Positions 26,828-35,426 are shown, counted from the stretch's first letter. The stretch: 47,014 bases of DNA from a virus (IMGVR_UViG_3300030606_000001:1-47014); one strand, 5' to 3'. Made by a program: numbers and translations. The notes: generated by a model not told the origin, from the letters alone.

Positions 26828-28042
26828 TCAACTAGATTCTTTCGCGGTTGGGGTTTCGCGTCGGTAGAAATACGGATCGCCACGCTTCCCGGTCCCAGTG
26901 CGCACTACAATCCTCGACGGGATGAGCTGGGTGGCGAGGATGATGTCGAGTCTTTTCCTCGCGATGTTCCCTTTGCCGCAGAGTTCGACCAGTTCGTCGG
27001 ATTTGACCGCCCGGCCCTCGGGGATGTGGGACAACACGGCTTTTGCGTCGTCGGTGAGGGTGACATTGGGGGTGTGGGGCCATTGGTTGAGATTGGTGAC
27101 CCGCTCGTACCCGCCGCCGATCTTGGCGTTGAAGTACAGAGTGACGTGGGATTCCCGTCGGATCCAGTACGCCGTCCGGTCCTTGATGATGCTCAACCGT
27201 ATCCCCGTCCGGTCCTTGTTGTGCTCGACGAGGAACCGACCGTCCATGCACCCGAGCTGCCGCGTCGTGCCGAAGGGTTTGCAGCGTTGACGCGGCCCAC
27301 CCTTGGGGTCGAACAGGGGTGGGTGGGCGACCACCAACGTGGTGATGCCGAGCTTTTGCGCCTCGCGGTGGTAGATGCTCAGGCCGTGCGTCACCCACTG
27401 GTCGTCGGCCACGCTCTCGGGGGCAAAGCAATCCCAGATCGGGTCCATGACCACGATCCGGTAGTCCCCTGCGGCGGCCAGCCTCGCGAGGTCCAGGCAT
27501 TGCTTGCCGCGGGACATGACATTGTGGTTGACCTTGTCCCGGTACGGCGACCCAAGCCCAAACTCGCTCGCGTCGACATAGAAAATGCTCGCGGTGATCG
27601 CGGCGCGGTGGTCCTTGGGGATTTTGTACCCGTCCATGACGTGCCCCAGGTGCCGGCGCCACTCGTCGATGCTGTTCTCGCCGTCGACGATCAGGGTGCG
27701 GTGGCCCTGGAGGGGGTCATACAGCTCCCGGTTGATGGTGAAAGCTCCCCCTAGAGGCGCTGGGGAGTCCTGGGCGGGATCGTTGGCGTGGACCAGGACA
27801 TCAGCAACCATTCTCGACTTGCCGCACCCGTCCTGCCCGACGAAGTAGAACAAATCCCCCGGCGCGATGAACGGGCCGATGATGGGGGTCCGGTAAACAG
27901 GGTCTCCGGCGAGGCATTGGAAGGCCGAAGTGTCAGGTTTTTTGCCACCATTGAGGGGTGGTGGCGTAACCCCTTGCGTGCACAGCACATGGCTCGTCCC
28001 GTCTTCCATTTCATCCCCGCAGCCGGGGCAGATGGTCAACAT
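26828..28042 (-). CDS. AAA_25/RepA-like SF4-type helicase
   Basis: Walker A GQDGCGKS, IVDGEN, Walker B VVMDP, VAH, IIKDR; short N-terminal CxxC..HxxC; wHTH-like C-terminus. Confidence 0.85.
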   Translation of the reverse strand: MLTICPGCGDEMEDGTSHVLCTQGVTPPPLNGGKKPDTSAFQCLAGDPVYRTPIIGPFIAPGDLFYFVGQDGCGKSRMVADVLVHANDPAQDSPAPLGGAFTINRELYDPLQGHRTLIVDGENSIDEWRRHLGHVMDGYKIPKDHRAAITASIFYVDASEFGLGSPYRDKVNHNVMSRGKQCLDLARLAAAGDYRIVVMDPIWDCFAPESVADDQWVTHGLSIYHREAQKLGITTLVVAHPPLFDPKGGPRQRCKPFGTTRQLGCMDGRFLVEHNKDRTGIRLSIIKDRTAYWIRRESHVTLYFNAKIGGGYERVTNLNQWPHTPNVTLTDDAKAVLSHIPEGRAVKSDELVELCGKGNIARKRLDIILATQLIPSRIVVRTGTGKRGDPYFYRRETPTAKESS

Positions 28043-28236
28043 ATGTTTCTTTTCAAAAAAGCTTGGCGACCAAGAAATGAAACGCTTTTTTTCGACCAAG
28101 AAACAGAGGGTCTAAAGTGGGGTTTAGACCCAATCCCCCGGGGGTAAAGCTTTTCACTCTTTTCTTGGTTATACAGGAAGTGGTAAACCTTCCTGTAAAC
28201 CAGGACCAAGAAAAGAAAAGAGGGTGGAGTTTCCAA
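28043..28236. other. Candidate replication origin (AT-rich, iterons and inverted repeats)
   Basis: Four ACCAAGAAA copies, nested inverted repeats, visibly AT-rich; directly upstream of the helicase gene. Confidence 0.55.
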
Positions 28237-28512
28237 TCACTCCACCCCCTCGGTTGGATTGGTGTGGTCTCTTTCCAATTCCTCCAGTCTCGCCACCCCA
28301 ACCCCCAGCGTCTCCACCAACGCCCCCACCACGGCGACTGTCCCCCACGGTACCCCAAACTGAAGGTACGTTCTGATCTCGTGTTCCACCGTCCGGCAAA
28401 TCCCCACCACCAACCACCGGTCGGTGGTCTGGGCGATCAGGGATTGCTGCCTTGCACACGCCGCGAGGATGTAAGCGGTGGGGGTAGAAGGGTCGATGGG
28501 GTCCTCGATCAT
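28237..28512 (-). CDS. Hypothetical protein (91 aa)
   Basis: ATGA-coupled start at 28512. Confidence 0.6.
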   Translation of the reverse strand: MIEDPIDPSTPTAYILAACARQQSLIAQTTDRWLVVGICRTVEHEIRTYLQFGVPWGTVAVVGALVETLGVGVARLEELERDHTNPTEGVE

Positions 28513-28745
28513 GGCTTGATCCCCTGGAGCTGGGTTGAAATCGCAGCATCTGAAAGGTCGGTCATGCTCAGCTCGAACACCCCCAGCGGGGTTCGGGTGG
28601 TTCCAGCAAAGATCGTCACAACAACGGTTGTGTCGGTAGCGTTGGTATCCACCCACACCCGAACTGGCCGGGCAAAGTGGACCTGGGCGAGTGCGGTTAC
28701 CCGTGCCCCGAAGCTGGTGGGCTCGGTGGGGGTGGGGGTTGTCAC
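28509..28745 (-). CDS. Hypothetical protein (78 aa)
   Basis: GTGA and ATGA coupled. Confidence 0.6.
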   Translation of the reverse strand: MTTPTPTEPTSFGARVTALAQVHFARPVRVWVDTNATDTTVVVTIFAGTTRTPLGVFELSMTDLSDAAISTQLQGIKP

Positions 28746-29155
28746 TCCACCTCACCAACTTCCCCGAAGCCGTCCCGTAGGCGGGATGAAAACCGGACGG
28801 TGGATGGCCCCCCGTTGCCCTCCAGGGGTTCGAGGTTGGCGCAGGGGGAACCGGAGGTTGTTGGCCACCCCTCGGGCGAGGTAGACGGTTCCAGCTCCCC
28901 CAGGTGGAGGGTGTGGAGCCCATGGAGGGTTTCCTCCTCAACTTCCCGGCACTCGTAGCACGTCCGACCAACAAACCCTTCGAGGTCTTTGTACGCCCCG
29001 CACCCCGGGCACCAGGTCCGCGGCCGGCAAAGCCGAGCTTCGAGGGTTGCAAGCCCCTCGGTGACCTCAGCTTTCACCGCGTGGCGAATAGCTTGCGCAA
29101 GGCCCCGTGGGGAAACTGGATTGAGCTCCCCATCGTCAAGGTTTCTACCGTTCAT
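28742..29155 (-). CDS. Hypothetical protein with CxxC...CxxC
   Basis: GGAG SD before ATG 29155; CPGC and CYEC. Confidence 0.6.
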   Translation of the reverse strand: MNGRNLDDGELNPVSPRGLAQAIRHAVKAEVTEGLATLEARLCRPRTWCPGCGAYKDLEGFVGRTCYECREVEEETLHGLHTLHLGELEPSTSPEGWPTTSGSPCANLEPLEGNGGPSTVRFSSRLRDGFGEVGEVE

Positions 29156-29214
29156 CGTTGACTCCAAGGTTGGGGAAAATGGGGAACGAGTGGGTGACCC
29201 ACCCACCACCCCCG

Positions 29215-29625
29215 CTAATCGTACTTGACCCCGCCGTGCCCGGATCCGTTGCGGTAGGTTGCATTTGGGCCGGGTAAAATCGGGGTGTAGTGAAACGGCC
29301 GGTGCGCACGCGCCACTACCCCACGGCCTTCGACGTGAAGCTCCGTGCCGATCCAGGTCCAAGCTGGGAATTCGAGCCCGGTGGTGCGCTTGAGCACCCG
29401 CCGGCCTTTCGCGAACCACGTCTCACCCGATGGCGCGTGGAGAGATTCATCTGGCAAAGCAAACCTCCAAAGGTGGGGATGGGGAATGGGGGAATTGGTG
29501 CAGTTGTGTGTCCCTGCCCCACCCCAGAGCATGCGTTCGGTGAATTGTTGCACCAACCCCACGCCGATGCAACATTTTTCGCGCACCCCAGCGGAGAGAA
29601 TTCCCCGTGCGGTTGTCAGCCGCAA
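29215..29625 (-). CDS. Hypothetical protein, start uncertain
   Basis: Coding-like third-position GC in this frame but no clean start. Confidence 0.4.
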   Translation of the reverse strand: MRLTTARGILSAGVREKCCIGVGLVQQFTERMLWGGAGTHNCTNSPIPHPHLWRFALPDESLHAPSGETWFAKGRRVLKRTTGLEFPAWTWIGTELHVEGRGVVARAHRPFHYTPILPGPNATYRNGSGHGGVKYD

Positions 29626-29640
29626 GCGGGGCAGAGGGTG

Positions 29641-29982
29641 TCATGGCTTTGTCTCACTCGCGCGAAGCAGCAGATCAAGCCGCGCCAAAGCATTCCAAGC
29701 AGCGTGGGCGGCATGAAGTAGCTGTGACTCGGGGTCTAATGTTTCGCCGGCGGCCTCATAGAGTAGATGCCGCAGCAGGGCATCGGTGTACCGACGCTCG
29801 CCGTCGGGGACCTCGACCCACCCCCCGTCGGTGTACTTGTTCGCGCCGTAGGTACTAACTTCACCTACAGCCAAAAGCGCACGTGCAAACCCGCACACGG
29901 CGAGGCCCATGCGGTTTTTGCCAGCGTCCAGTTTGGCGCCGAGTTGGTTGGGGTTCTTTCCAAATGGATCTCGTTCGATCAT
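29641..29982 (-). CDS. DUF5664 dATP/dGTP diphosphohydrolase-like protein
   Basis: GAKLDAGK, YGANKY..GW, DALLRHL, DPESQLLHAAHAAWNAL. Confidence 0.88.
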   Translation of the reverse strand: MIERDPFGKNPNQLGAKLDAGKNRMGLAVCGFARALLAVGEVSTYGANKYTDGGWVEVPDGERRYTDALLRHLLYEAAGETLDPESQLLHAAHAAWNALARLDLLLRASETKP

Positions 29983-30344
29983 GGCTTGATACCCCATTCA
30001 CTTTTGTGGTGGCACCGCCGGCACACTGAATACGAGTACACTATGCCGCGTCTCTCCCCCGGAACCGGCAGCAACGCCTTGAGGTCCTCGTCAGCAATAG
30101 CCGAGACAAGATCCCGCCTAGTGTAGTAGGTGCAGAACATGGATTCGATTGGACCATCAGGGTGGCGGTGGCGCCAACGCAGCCAACACCAAGCCCGCTT
30201 GCGCCAGCTTGGTGGTGTGTGCGGCCCAAAGTTCTGGTGCAGCTTGGCTATCCTGTCAAACCACTTTTCGTTTTCGTAAACTGACATCTTCCCATACACA
30301 GGGTCTTCGAGGATGATAAGCTCTGGCCAACGGGGGTCTGTCAT
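29979..30344 (-). CDS. Hypothetical protein (121 aa)
   Basis: ATGA coupled on both sides. Confidence 0.6.
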   Translation of the reverse strand: MTDPRWPELIILEDPVYGKMSVYENEKWFDRIAKLHQNFGPHTPPSWRKRAWCWLRWRHRHPDGPIESMFCTYYTRRDLVSAIADEDLKALLPVPGERRGIVYSYSVCRRCHHKSEWGIKP

Positions 30345-30553
30345 GGCCGCACCACCCATGCTTTGCACTTGGTGTTTAGAAACGGGAACGAAGTTAGGTT
30401 TTCCATATTTGGCCGTTCTCTGCACTCGGGCCCGTACGCCTCGAAGTCGTATGATGCGCCGCCACCGGGCCGAAAGTGGCGGCAACTGTAGCACGAGACT
30501 GGACCGGCCTTGGACGAGCGTGGAGACTCTAGTGTTTTCCAGGTCGGCGTCAT
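30341..30553 (-). CDS. Small Cys-containing protein
   Basis: CYSCRH...C...C; ATGA coupled. Confidence 0.6.
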   Translation of the reverse strand: MTPTWKTLESPRSSKAGPVSCYSCRHFRPGGGASYDFEAYGPECRERPNMENLTSFPFLNTKCKAWVVRP

Positions 30554-30599
30554 GGCCCGCAACGCTCGTCATGCGTTGCCCAGGCTAGCGTGCGGGGGG

Positions 30600-30800
30600 T
30601 CATGGTCTTGGCTCCTCTAGCTCGTGGATTGTGATCTCCACTACTTGCACACCGCTTCCATATGCTTTGAACGCTGCGGCGGCAGACTTGTACACTGGGA
30701 TCATGCCAATGATGCCGTCTTCGTCATTTACCAACTGCACCGTCTGACCGGCGAGTATCGTGCCCTTTTTCACAAGCCGCATCGCTGCCCATCCGGTCAT
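30600..30800 (-). CDS. Hypothetical protein (66 aa)
   Basis: GGGAGG SD; ATGA overlap. Confidence 0.65.
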   Translation of the reverse strand: MTGWAAMRLVKKGTILAGQTVQLVNDEDGIIGMIPVYKSAAAAFKAYGSGVQVVEITIHELEEPRP

Positions 30801-31306
30801 GTCGTCTCCCTCCCGGCGGCGCGGTCACGTTCGGCTCGAAAGGCTAGCGTGGCATTGTGGGCCATTTGCCCAGTGCTCTTGTACGTTGAAATACAGGCCG
30901 TGCCGTCTGCCCACACGCGCGCAATGTCTTCGTCGGTCCACCCCGGATCAAATCCCCGCACAGGCCGGCCGTTGAAGGTGAGTTCGGACACTGGCGTGTG
31001 GCCAATATCTTGAACTTCCGGCATCTCGTAAATAATCCACCCCTCTTTGGTGCAACCACGCACGATGCGCGACACGCCGTCCGCGTGTCCGTTGAACAAC
31101 CGGCCCACCGGATCTCCCACCCTCACCAGCACGCCAGGATCGGGAGCGGGCGGGGCTGGCTCGCGGATCTCCTGGTCGCACTGCATGCACCAGCGGGGCG
31201 TTGTTAGACGTACAAACTTGCTCCCTCCGTGGCACTGGCACCATCGCTTCTCTTGGTGGCACGCGCACTTGCATCCGCACTTGCAGCACTTGTGTTCGGT
31301 GATCAT
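30797..31306 (-). CDS. Hypothetical protein with Cys-rich N-terminus
   Basis: GGAGG SD; ATGA overlap; CCKCGCKCACH...CQC...CMQC. Confidence 0.65.
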   Translation of the reverse strand: MITEHKCCKCGCKCACHQEKRWCQCHGGSKFVRLTTPRWCMQCDQEIREPAPPAPDPGVLVRVGDPVGRLFNGHADGVSRIVRGCTKEGWIIYEMPEVQDIGHTPVSELTFNGRPVRGFDPGWTDEDIARVWADGTACISTYKSTGQMAHNATLAFRAERDRAAGRETT

Positions 31307-31671
31307 GGTAGTTGCGCCTCCCCGTATCTGAAGAATCGACCAAGCGTGGCCAACAGCTCCGTCTGGCAAGCATTACAGAGCGCATATGGCTTGTCATGTG
31401 CCCATTCAAACCGCACTCGCTGGGCTTGATTTACGGTAACTGCTGGGTGCTCCATGTGCCAAGCATCGAAGTCTGCTTCGTTTGCGTAAGTGCGACCACT
31501 ATGCAGCGCAGCGAAGATTTGCGCTGGGTATTGAATGTCGATCATGCCCTGTAATGGCCAGCCGTATGCCCAGTGTGCTCCGTCGGTTGGATCTTGGGAC
31601 TTTTGGCACCGGCCGCATAGCTTCCGTGCTTTTGTGATGTGGTCGCAGTGATCGCAGCGCGTACTGGTCAT
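31303..31671 (-). CDS. Hypothetical Zn-finger protein
   Basis: CDHC, CGRC and CNAC motifs; AAGGAG SD. Confidence 0.65.
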   Translation of the reverse strand: MTSTRCDHCDHITKARKLCGRCQKSQDPTDGAHWAYGWPLQGMIDIQYPAQIFAALHSGRTYANEADFDAWHMEHPAVTVNQAQRVRFEWAHDKPYALCNACQTELLATLGRFFRYGEAQLP

Positions 31672-32777
31672 GGCGTTGGGTTCTCCTTGGTCGGGGTGTT
31701 CACGATTTGCAGCAGGTGGCGAATGAGGTTCTTGAGTTGTTTGTTTCCGCTAGCAGTTGGGAATCCGTCCAAATCTGTCGCAAGTCGCCACGCTTCACGC
31801 GCTTGCTCATCGCTCGCCCCCAACAACCGCTGCGTCAGCCCTAGCTCGCCCGACAGGGTGTCACTAAGCCTCGCAGCTTCGCGAGCTTGGGCGTAGCGTG
31901 CGTCGGCCCAGGCGGTGAGCAGCTCCGCCGCATCTTCGTCGCTGACATCTGGCCCGCCTTGCCACTGCCCGCTCTCGTAGCTGTAGTCGTAGCTGCGCAG
32001 CTTGGCGACGATCTCCTCGGCCGAGGCGATGGGGGCGGCAGGCGCGGCACCTGCCTGCTCACGCAACGGCAGACGCTCCCCCGCAGAGGAGTCGCATGAC
32101 GCACCGTCCTGGTCACCCCCAACCTCAACCTGCGCGAGCATGTACATCACACCGTTCGGATCGTGCGCGACGATCGCAGCGTACTCGCCGTCCATCGCGA
32201 CGTGGACATTCTCAAGCGCCGCGCGCGGTACGGTATCGGTGATGATCGAGGGATCGGCAGGAGCGGCCGAGAGAGGCGACTGTAAGGTCACCCCAGCGCT
32301 TGCGGGAGGCACTACCTCCCCCGCTTCCTGCCCGGCCCCAAGCTCGCGATGCACTTCTTCCATCGAAGTGCAGATATGCGCCATTTTGTACATCAACTCG
32401 GGCTCGCCGTCCTCCAAGAGAATAAGAGCTGTCTTGCCAGCACCGACGAAATATCCCAACTCCAGGTGGGCAGAGCGGCCGCACGGCATTACAAGCACGC
32501 ACGCATCGGCCCATAGCATGGCGCGCCAATCAAGAAGAAATCCTTCCACTGCAACAGGATGCTGTAGACCAGCCCTGAATGTTTCAGCATTCCAACTTTG
32601 CCACGCTGGGTCTACTGCGGACCAATGGAACCCATCGTTGCCAGGCGCTGGATGGCGGAAATCGTAAACCTCATGCCCGGCATTGCGCAATGCTCTTACT
32701 ATTGCTGGTTGCTTTCCATTGCGCCATGAGGACGCAACGTAGATCTTCCTCGCCAGCTTCTCGTGGTTGGGCATCAT
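31668..32777 (-). CDS. Nucleoside 2-deoxyribosyltransferase-fold protein with unrelated C-terminal extension
   Basis: KIYVASSWRN, D.RAMLWADACVLV, GRSAHLELGY..GAGK. Confidence 0.75.
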   Translation of the reverse strand: MMPNHEKLARKIYVASSWRNGKQPAIVRALRNAGHEVYDFRHPAPGNDGFHWSAVDPAWQSWNAETFRAGLQHPVAVEGFLLDWRAMLWADACVLVMPCGRSAHLELGYFVGAGKTALILLEDGEPELMYKMAHICTSMEEVHRELGAGQEAGEVVPPASAGVTLQSPLSAAPADPSIITDTVPRAALENVHVAMDGEYAAIVAHDPNGVMYMLAQVEVGGDQDGASCDSSAGERLPLREQAGAAPAAPIASAEEIVAKLRSYDYSYESGQWQGGPDVSDEDAAELLTAWADARYAQAREAARLSDTLSGELGLTQRLLGASDEQAREAWRLATDLDGFPTASGNKQLKNLIRHLLQIVNTPTKENPTP

Positions 32778-32989
32778 TGAGCCTCGCCTTCGTTGTGCTG
32801 TGCAATTGCCTTCAGAATTCTTGGGAGTAGTCGGTCAAAAGTGTCCGCTCTGACCGTGAAGTCGTCTGCTCGGTCTGGGGTCCAGACCCGAACGCCCCAC
32901 TCGTTGCCATCGTACCAGATAGCGATCCCTGAATCTTGACGGCCTTCTTGTGCTGTAAACCGCGCAACATCGTCCCATGTTTTCATCAC
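32774..32989 (-). CDS. Hypothetical protein
   Basis: GGAGG SD; coupled ends. Confidence 0.6.
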   Translation of the reverse strand: MMKTWDDVARFTAQEGRQDSGIAIWYDGNEWGVRVWTPDRADDFTVRADTFDRLLPRILKAIAQHNEGEAQ

Positions 32990-33228
32990 TCGCCTCCCTT
33001 GTTTGCGTCGCGCTTAAACCCAAGTTGCACATTGATCGTGCGACGATCTTGATGCAACAATTGCCGGCAGTATGTACAACTCACTAGCCTCATCTCCCAA
33101 GGGCGAATCATTGTTACGCCCATACGCGGGTCATTTACGTCAAGCCTTTCGTATCGAAAGACACGACAGCGTGAGCGCCAGCCAGTCTTTCCGAAGTCGC
33201 AATAGTTTGCCGCATGCGTTTTCTTCAT
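32986..33228 (-). CDS. Hypothetical protein (CxxC)
   Basis: Packed in the early-gene chain. Confidence 0.6.
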   Translation of the reverse strand: MKKTHAANYCDFGKTGWRSRCRVFRYERLDVNDPRMGVTMIRPWEMRLVSCTYCRQLLHQDRRTINVQLGFKRDANKGGE

Positions 33229-33230
33229 AC

Positions 33231-33443
33231 TTATGCACCTTTCTTCAACGAAGATGCGTCGCGCTCGGCTTCGAGCGATGCGATCAGCTCGTCCAGGCGG
33301 TCGCAGGCGGCGCGGAACTCTGCTATTGCCTGCAACGCTTTGCGGGCAGATTCAGTGGAATTCACGGCCTTTCGGAGCGTGATTGCTAACTGTGCCGCCT
33401 CCCGCACTTCCTCGGTCGGCCTCGGCGTGGGGTTAGTTGGCAT
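33231..33443 (-). CDS. Small coiled-coil hypothetical protein
   Basis: Packed in the early-gene chain. Confidence 0.6.
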   Translation of the reverse strand: MPTNPTPRPTEEVREAAQLAITLRKAVNSTESARKALQAIAEFRAACDRLDELIASLEAERDASSLKKGA

Positions 33444-33708
33444 CGGGCTCGCCTTTCGGGAAGCCTTGGTTTCGCAGGTAACATTCGATCATCGCGTGGG
33501 CTACGGCAGCAACTTGGATCAGCTCATACAACTGATCGTCCGGTTTGTTGTCGAGCGTGGCCTTGCAGAATTCGCCGAACTCCTCCCCGAGAATCACGGT
33601 CCATAGCGCGGCAGAGTGATTCTGCTCGCCCCATTTCTCGTCCTGCTGGATGCGCTCGGTTTGGATCAGGTGCATAACCTGGGACTCTAACACACGGGCT
33701 TTAGACAT
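33433..33708 (-). CDS. MazG-like nucleotide pyrophosphohydrolase
   Basis: ER..QDEKWGEQNH, ILGEEFGE, ELIQVAAVA; GGGAGG SD before ATG 33708. Confidence 0.85.
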   Translation of the reverse strand: MSKARVLESQVMHLIQTERIQQDEKWGEQNHSAALWTVILGEEFGEFCKATLDNKPDDQLYELIQVAAVAHAMIECYLRNQGFPKGEPDAN

Positions 33709-34075
33709 CGTCGCCTCCCTTCGTCGTTGGCGCGGGGCCGAGGAGATCGCGGAGAGCCAGATCCCAGTCATGGCGCTGCATGTGATACGTCTTGTCGTCG
33801 ATGCGGGCCTTGCACCATCGGCCAAACGCTGCGTCCCTCTGCTCCTGCGTCGGCCGCACGCACAGGCCGTCGAGGGCGAGGGAGATGCGGTCGGGGATGC
33901 CGATGACCCTCGCATATGGTCCGAGACCACAGTCGCAGGTGTCTGGTCCGTCTCTATGCTCTCGGCACTCGAACTCGTCGTCATCTCGATGTACCACAAA
34001 CGGGAGCACGGTGCGCAACTCCTCCACCGCCGCGCGGATGGTGGCGAGAGAGTCGGGGCTAGCTGGCGTCGTCAT
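33701..34075 (-). CDS. Hypothetical protein (124 aa)
   Basis: GGAGG SD; C...CDCGL motif. Confidence 0.6.
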   Translation of the reverse strand: MTTPASPDSLATIRAAVEELRTVLPFVVHRDDDEFECREHRDGPDTCDCGLGPYARVIGIPDRISLALDGLCVRPTQEQRDAAFGRWCKARIDDKTYHMQRHDWDLALRDLLGPAPTTKGGDDV

Positions 34076-34256
34076 TGGCGTCCTCCGCTGCTCGCTCACT
34101 GAAGTGAATTGTGAACGTCGCGTCGTACTTGCTGCCGCTGCCTTCGACGTTAGTGACATGCACCTGCTTGCCGGTGGTGCGCTTGTCGAAGTATTCCTGC
34201 ATCGCCTCAATCATCACAGCGGTACAGACCGCCATGGTATTGTTTCCCGGTATCAT
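34059..34256 (-). CDS. Hypothetical protein (65 aa)
   Basis: AAGGAG SD. Confidence 0.6.
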   Translation of the reverse strand: MIPGNNTMAVCTAVMIEAMQEYFDKRTTGKQVHVTNVEGSGSKYDATFTIHFSERAAEDANDDAS

Positions 34257-34289
34257 TGGCCTTGCTCCTTGGCGAGAGGGTTGGGTTGG

Positions 34290-34622
34290 TTAGCCATGGA
34301 GAGGCTCCTCCTTAGCGTGGCGGTCTCTGAACCACTCTTGCGCCTCACCGCATGAACAGATCGCATACTCCCCTTCAAGCATCCATCGCTCCGGCGCAGC
34401 GTACATGGTGCTGCAATCGCTTCGGTGCTTGGCGAGGCTCACGGGTCCCGCGATGTCCCCGCGCTTCACCCACCCCGCCTCGGTTGCCAGCGCGGTGATG
34501 TTGGCGGGGTTTTCGAGCGCGCCCTCAATAATCACGCGTGCCGGCTCCCCGGTGCTGACATAGCACAGATCGGCCGCCACTTCGTATGCGATTCTCTTGG
34601 CTGCGCTTGGTGTGGGCGTCAT
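34290..34622 (-). CDS. Hypothetical protein (H..DC...CSCG)
   Basis: ATGA-coupled start. Confidence 0.6.
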   Translation of the reverse strand: MTPTPSAAKRIAYEVAADLCYVSTGEPARVIIEGALENPANITALATEAGWVKRGDIAGPVSLAKHRSDCSTMYAAPERWMLEGEYAICSCGEAQEWFRDRHAKEEPLHG

Positions 34623-34924
34623 GGCTTCTCTCCCGCGAGTTCGAGGATGCGACGGAGGCAAGCGGCGTCAGCGTCGCACATCGTCGAATCTAATGGCTTT
34701 CCTGCCCACGCAAACTCATGCGCACACCGGCTTGTGGAATATAGTTTATTCGACAGCCATTCTGATATGCGCGGTGTCAACTCCAACTTCGGCTGCGCGA
34801 GGTCGGCGCGGATGTACTCGATGTGATGGTCATATGGCTCGCCATCTACGAGCGACCATCCACCATAGCCATCTTCGCACAGCCACACCCGCTCCGGCGC
34901 GGCTGGCGTGGGTTGGGTGGTCAT
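34619..34924 (-). CDS. Hypothetical protein (PERVWL...EYIRADL motif)
   Basis: AAGGAG SD; ATGA coupling. Confidence 0.65.
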   Translation of the reverse strand: MTTQPTPAAPERVWLCEDGYGGWSLVDGEPYDHHIEYIRADLAQPKLELTPRISEWLSNKLYSTSRCAHEFAWAGKPLDSTMCDADAACLRRILELAGEKP

Positions 34925-35223
34925 GGCTTCTCCTTCTTCGCTCGAACGTGGGCGATGGCGGCGTCGAGCGCGATTGGCCACACCGGAACGCTGTCCCAGC
35001 CATTTGTCTCTCCGCGCGCATTGCTGCGAACGTATCGCGTGATCGCGTCGCGCAAGTCGGACTCGGTGAATTCCGGTCCGGTCAGGATCTCGTTGGCGCG
35101 GGAGACAAGATTTCCAACTGGATCGTCACACGCAAGCATGGCCGGGCGCGAGAGCCGCCATTCCTTTTCGGCTGCCCGAAGCGCCTCGATCTGCCGCTGG
35201 GTGAGTTTCGCGTCGGTGGTCAT
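34921..35223 (-). CDS. Hypothetical protein (100 aa)
   Basis: GAGG SD; ATGA coupling. Confidence 0.6.
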   Translation of the reverse strand: MTTDAKLTQRQIEALRAAEKEWRLSRPAMLACDDPVGNLVSRANEILTGPEFTESDLRDAITRYVRSNARGETNGWDSVPVWPIALDAAIAHVRAKKEKP

Positions 35224-35426
35224 GGTTTCACCTCGTGAAGCTCGCCTGGCCACAGATGTCCCGACTGCTCGCCCAGTCGATACCCTGGGCACTCGTGTTG
35301 GCAAAATCCGCCCGCTGCTGCTGCGGCCACATCTCGCCCGATAGGTGGCTTGGTTCTGTGGCATATCGTGCAAGTTGCGACTCGCTCGCACTCTTTCGTG
35401 CACTTTTCGTATGCGTCGTTGGTCAT
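35220..35426 (-). CDS. Small Cys-rich protein
   Basis: ATGA coupling on both sides. Confidence 0.6.
   Translation of the reverse strand: MTNDAYEKCTKECERVATCTICHRTKPPIGRDVAAAAAGGFCQHECPGYRLGEQSGHLWPGELHEVKP

Noticed and set aside
20280-29982. Z-genome (2-aminoadenine) or deazaguanine modification system
   Set aside because: DUF5664 and PolA are present, but no PurZ or FolE/QueC/QueD/QueE/DpdA-like gene was recognised
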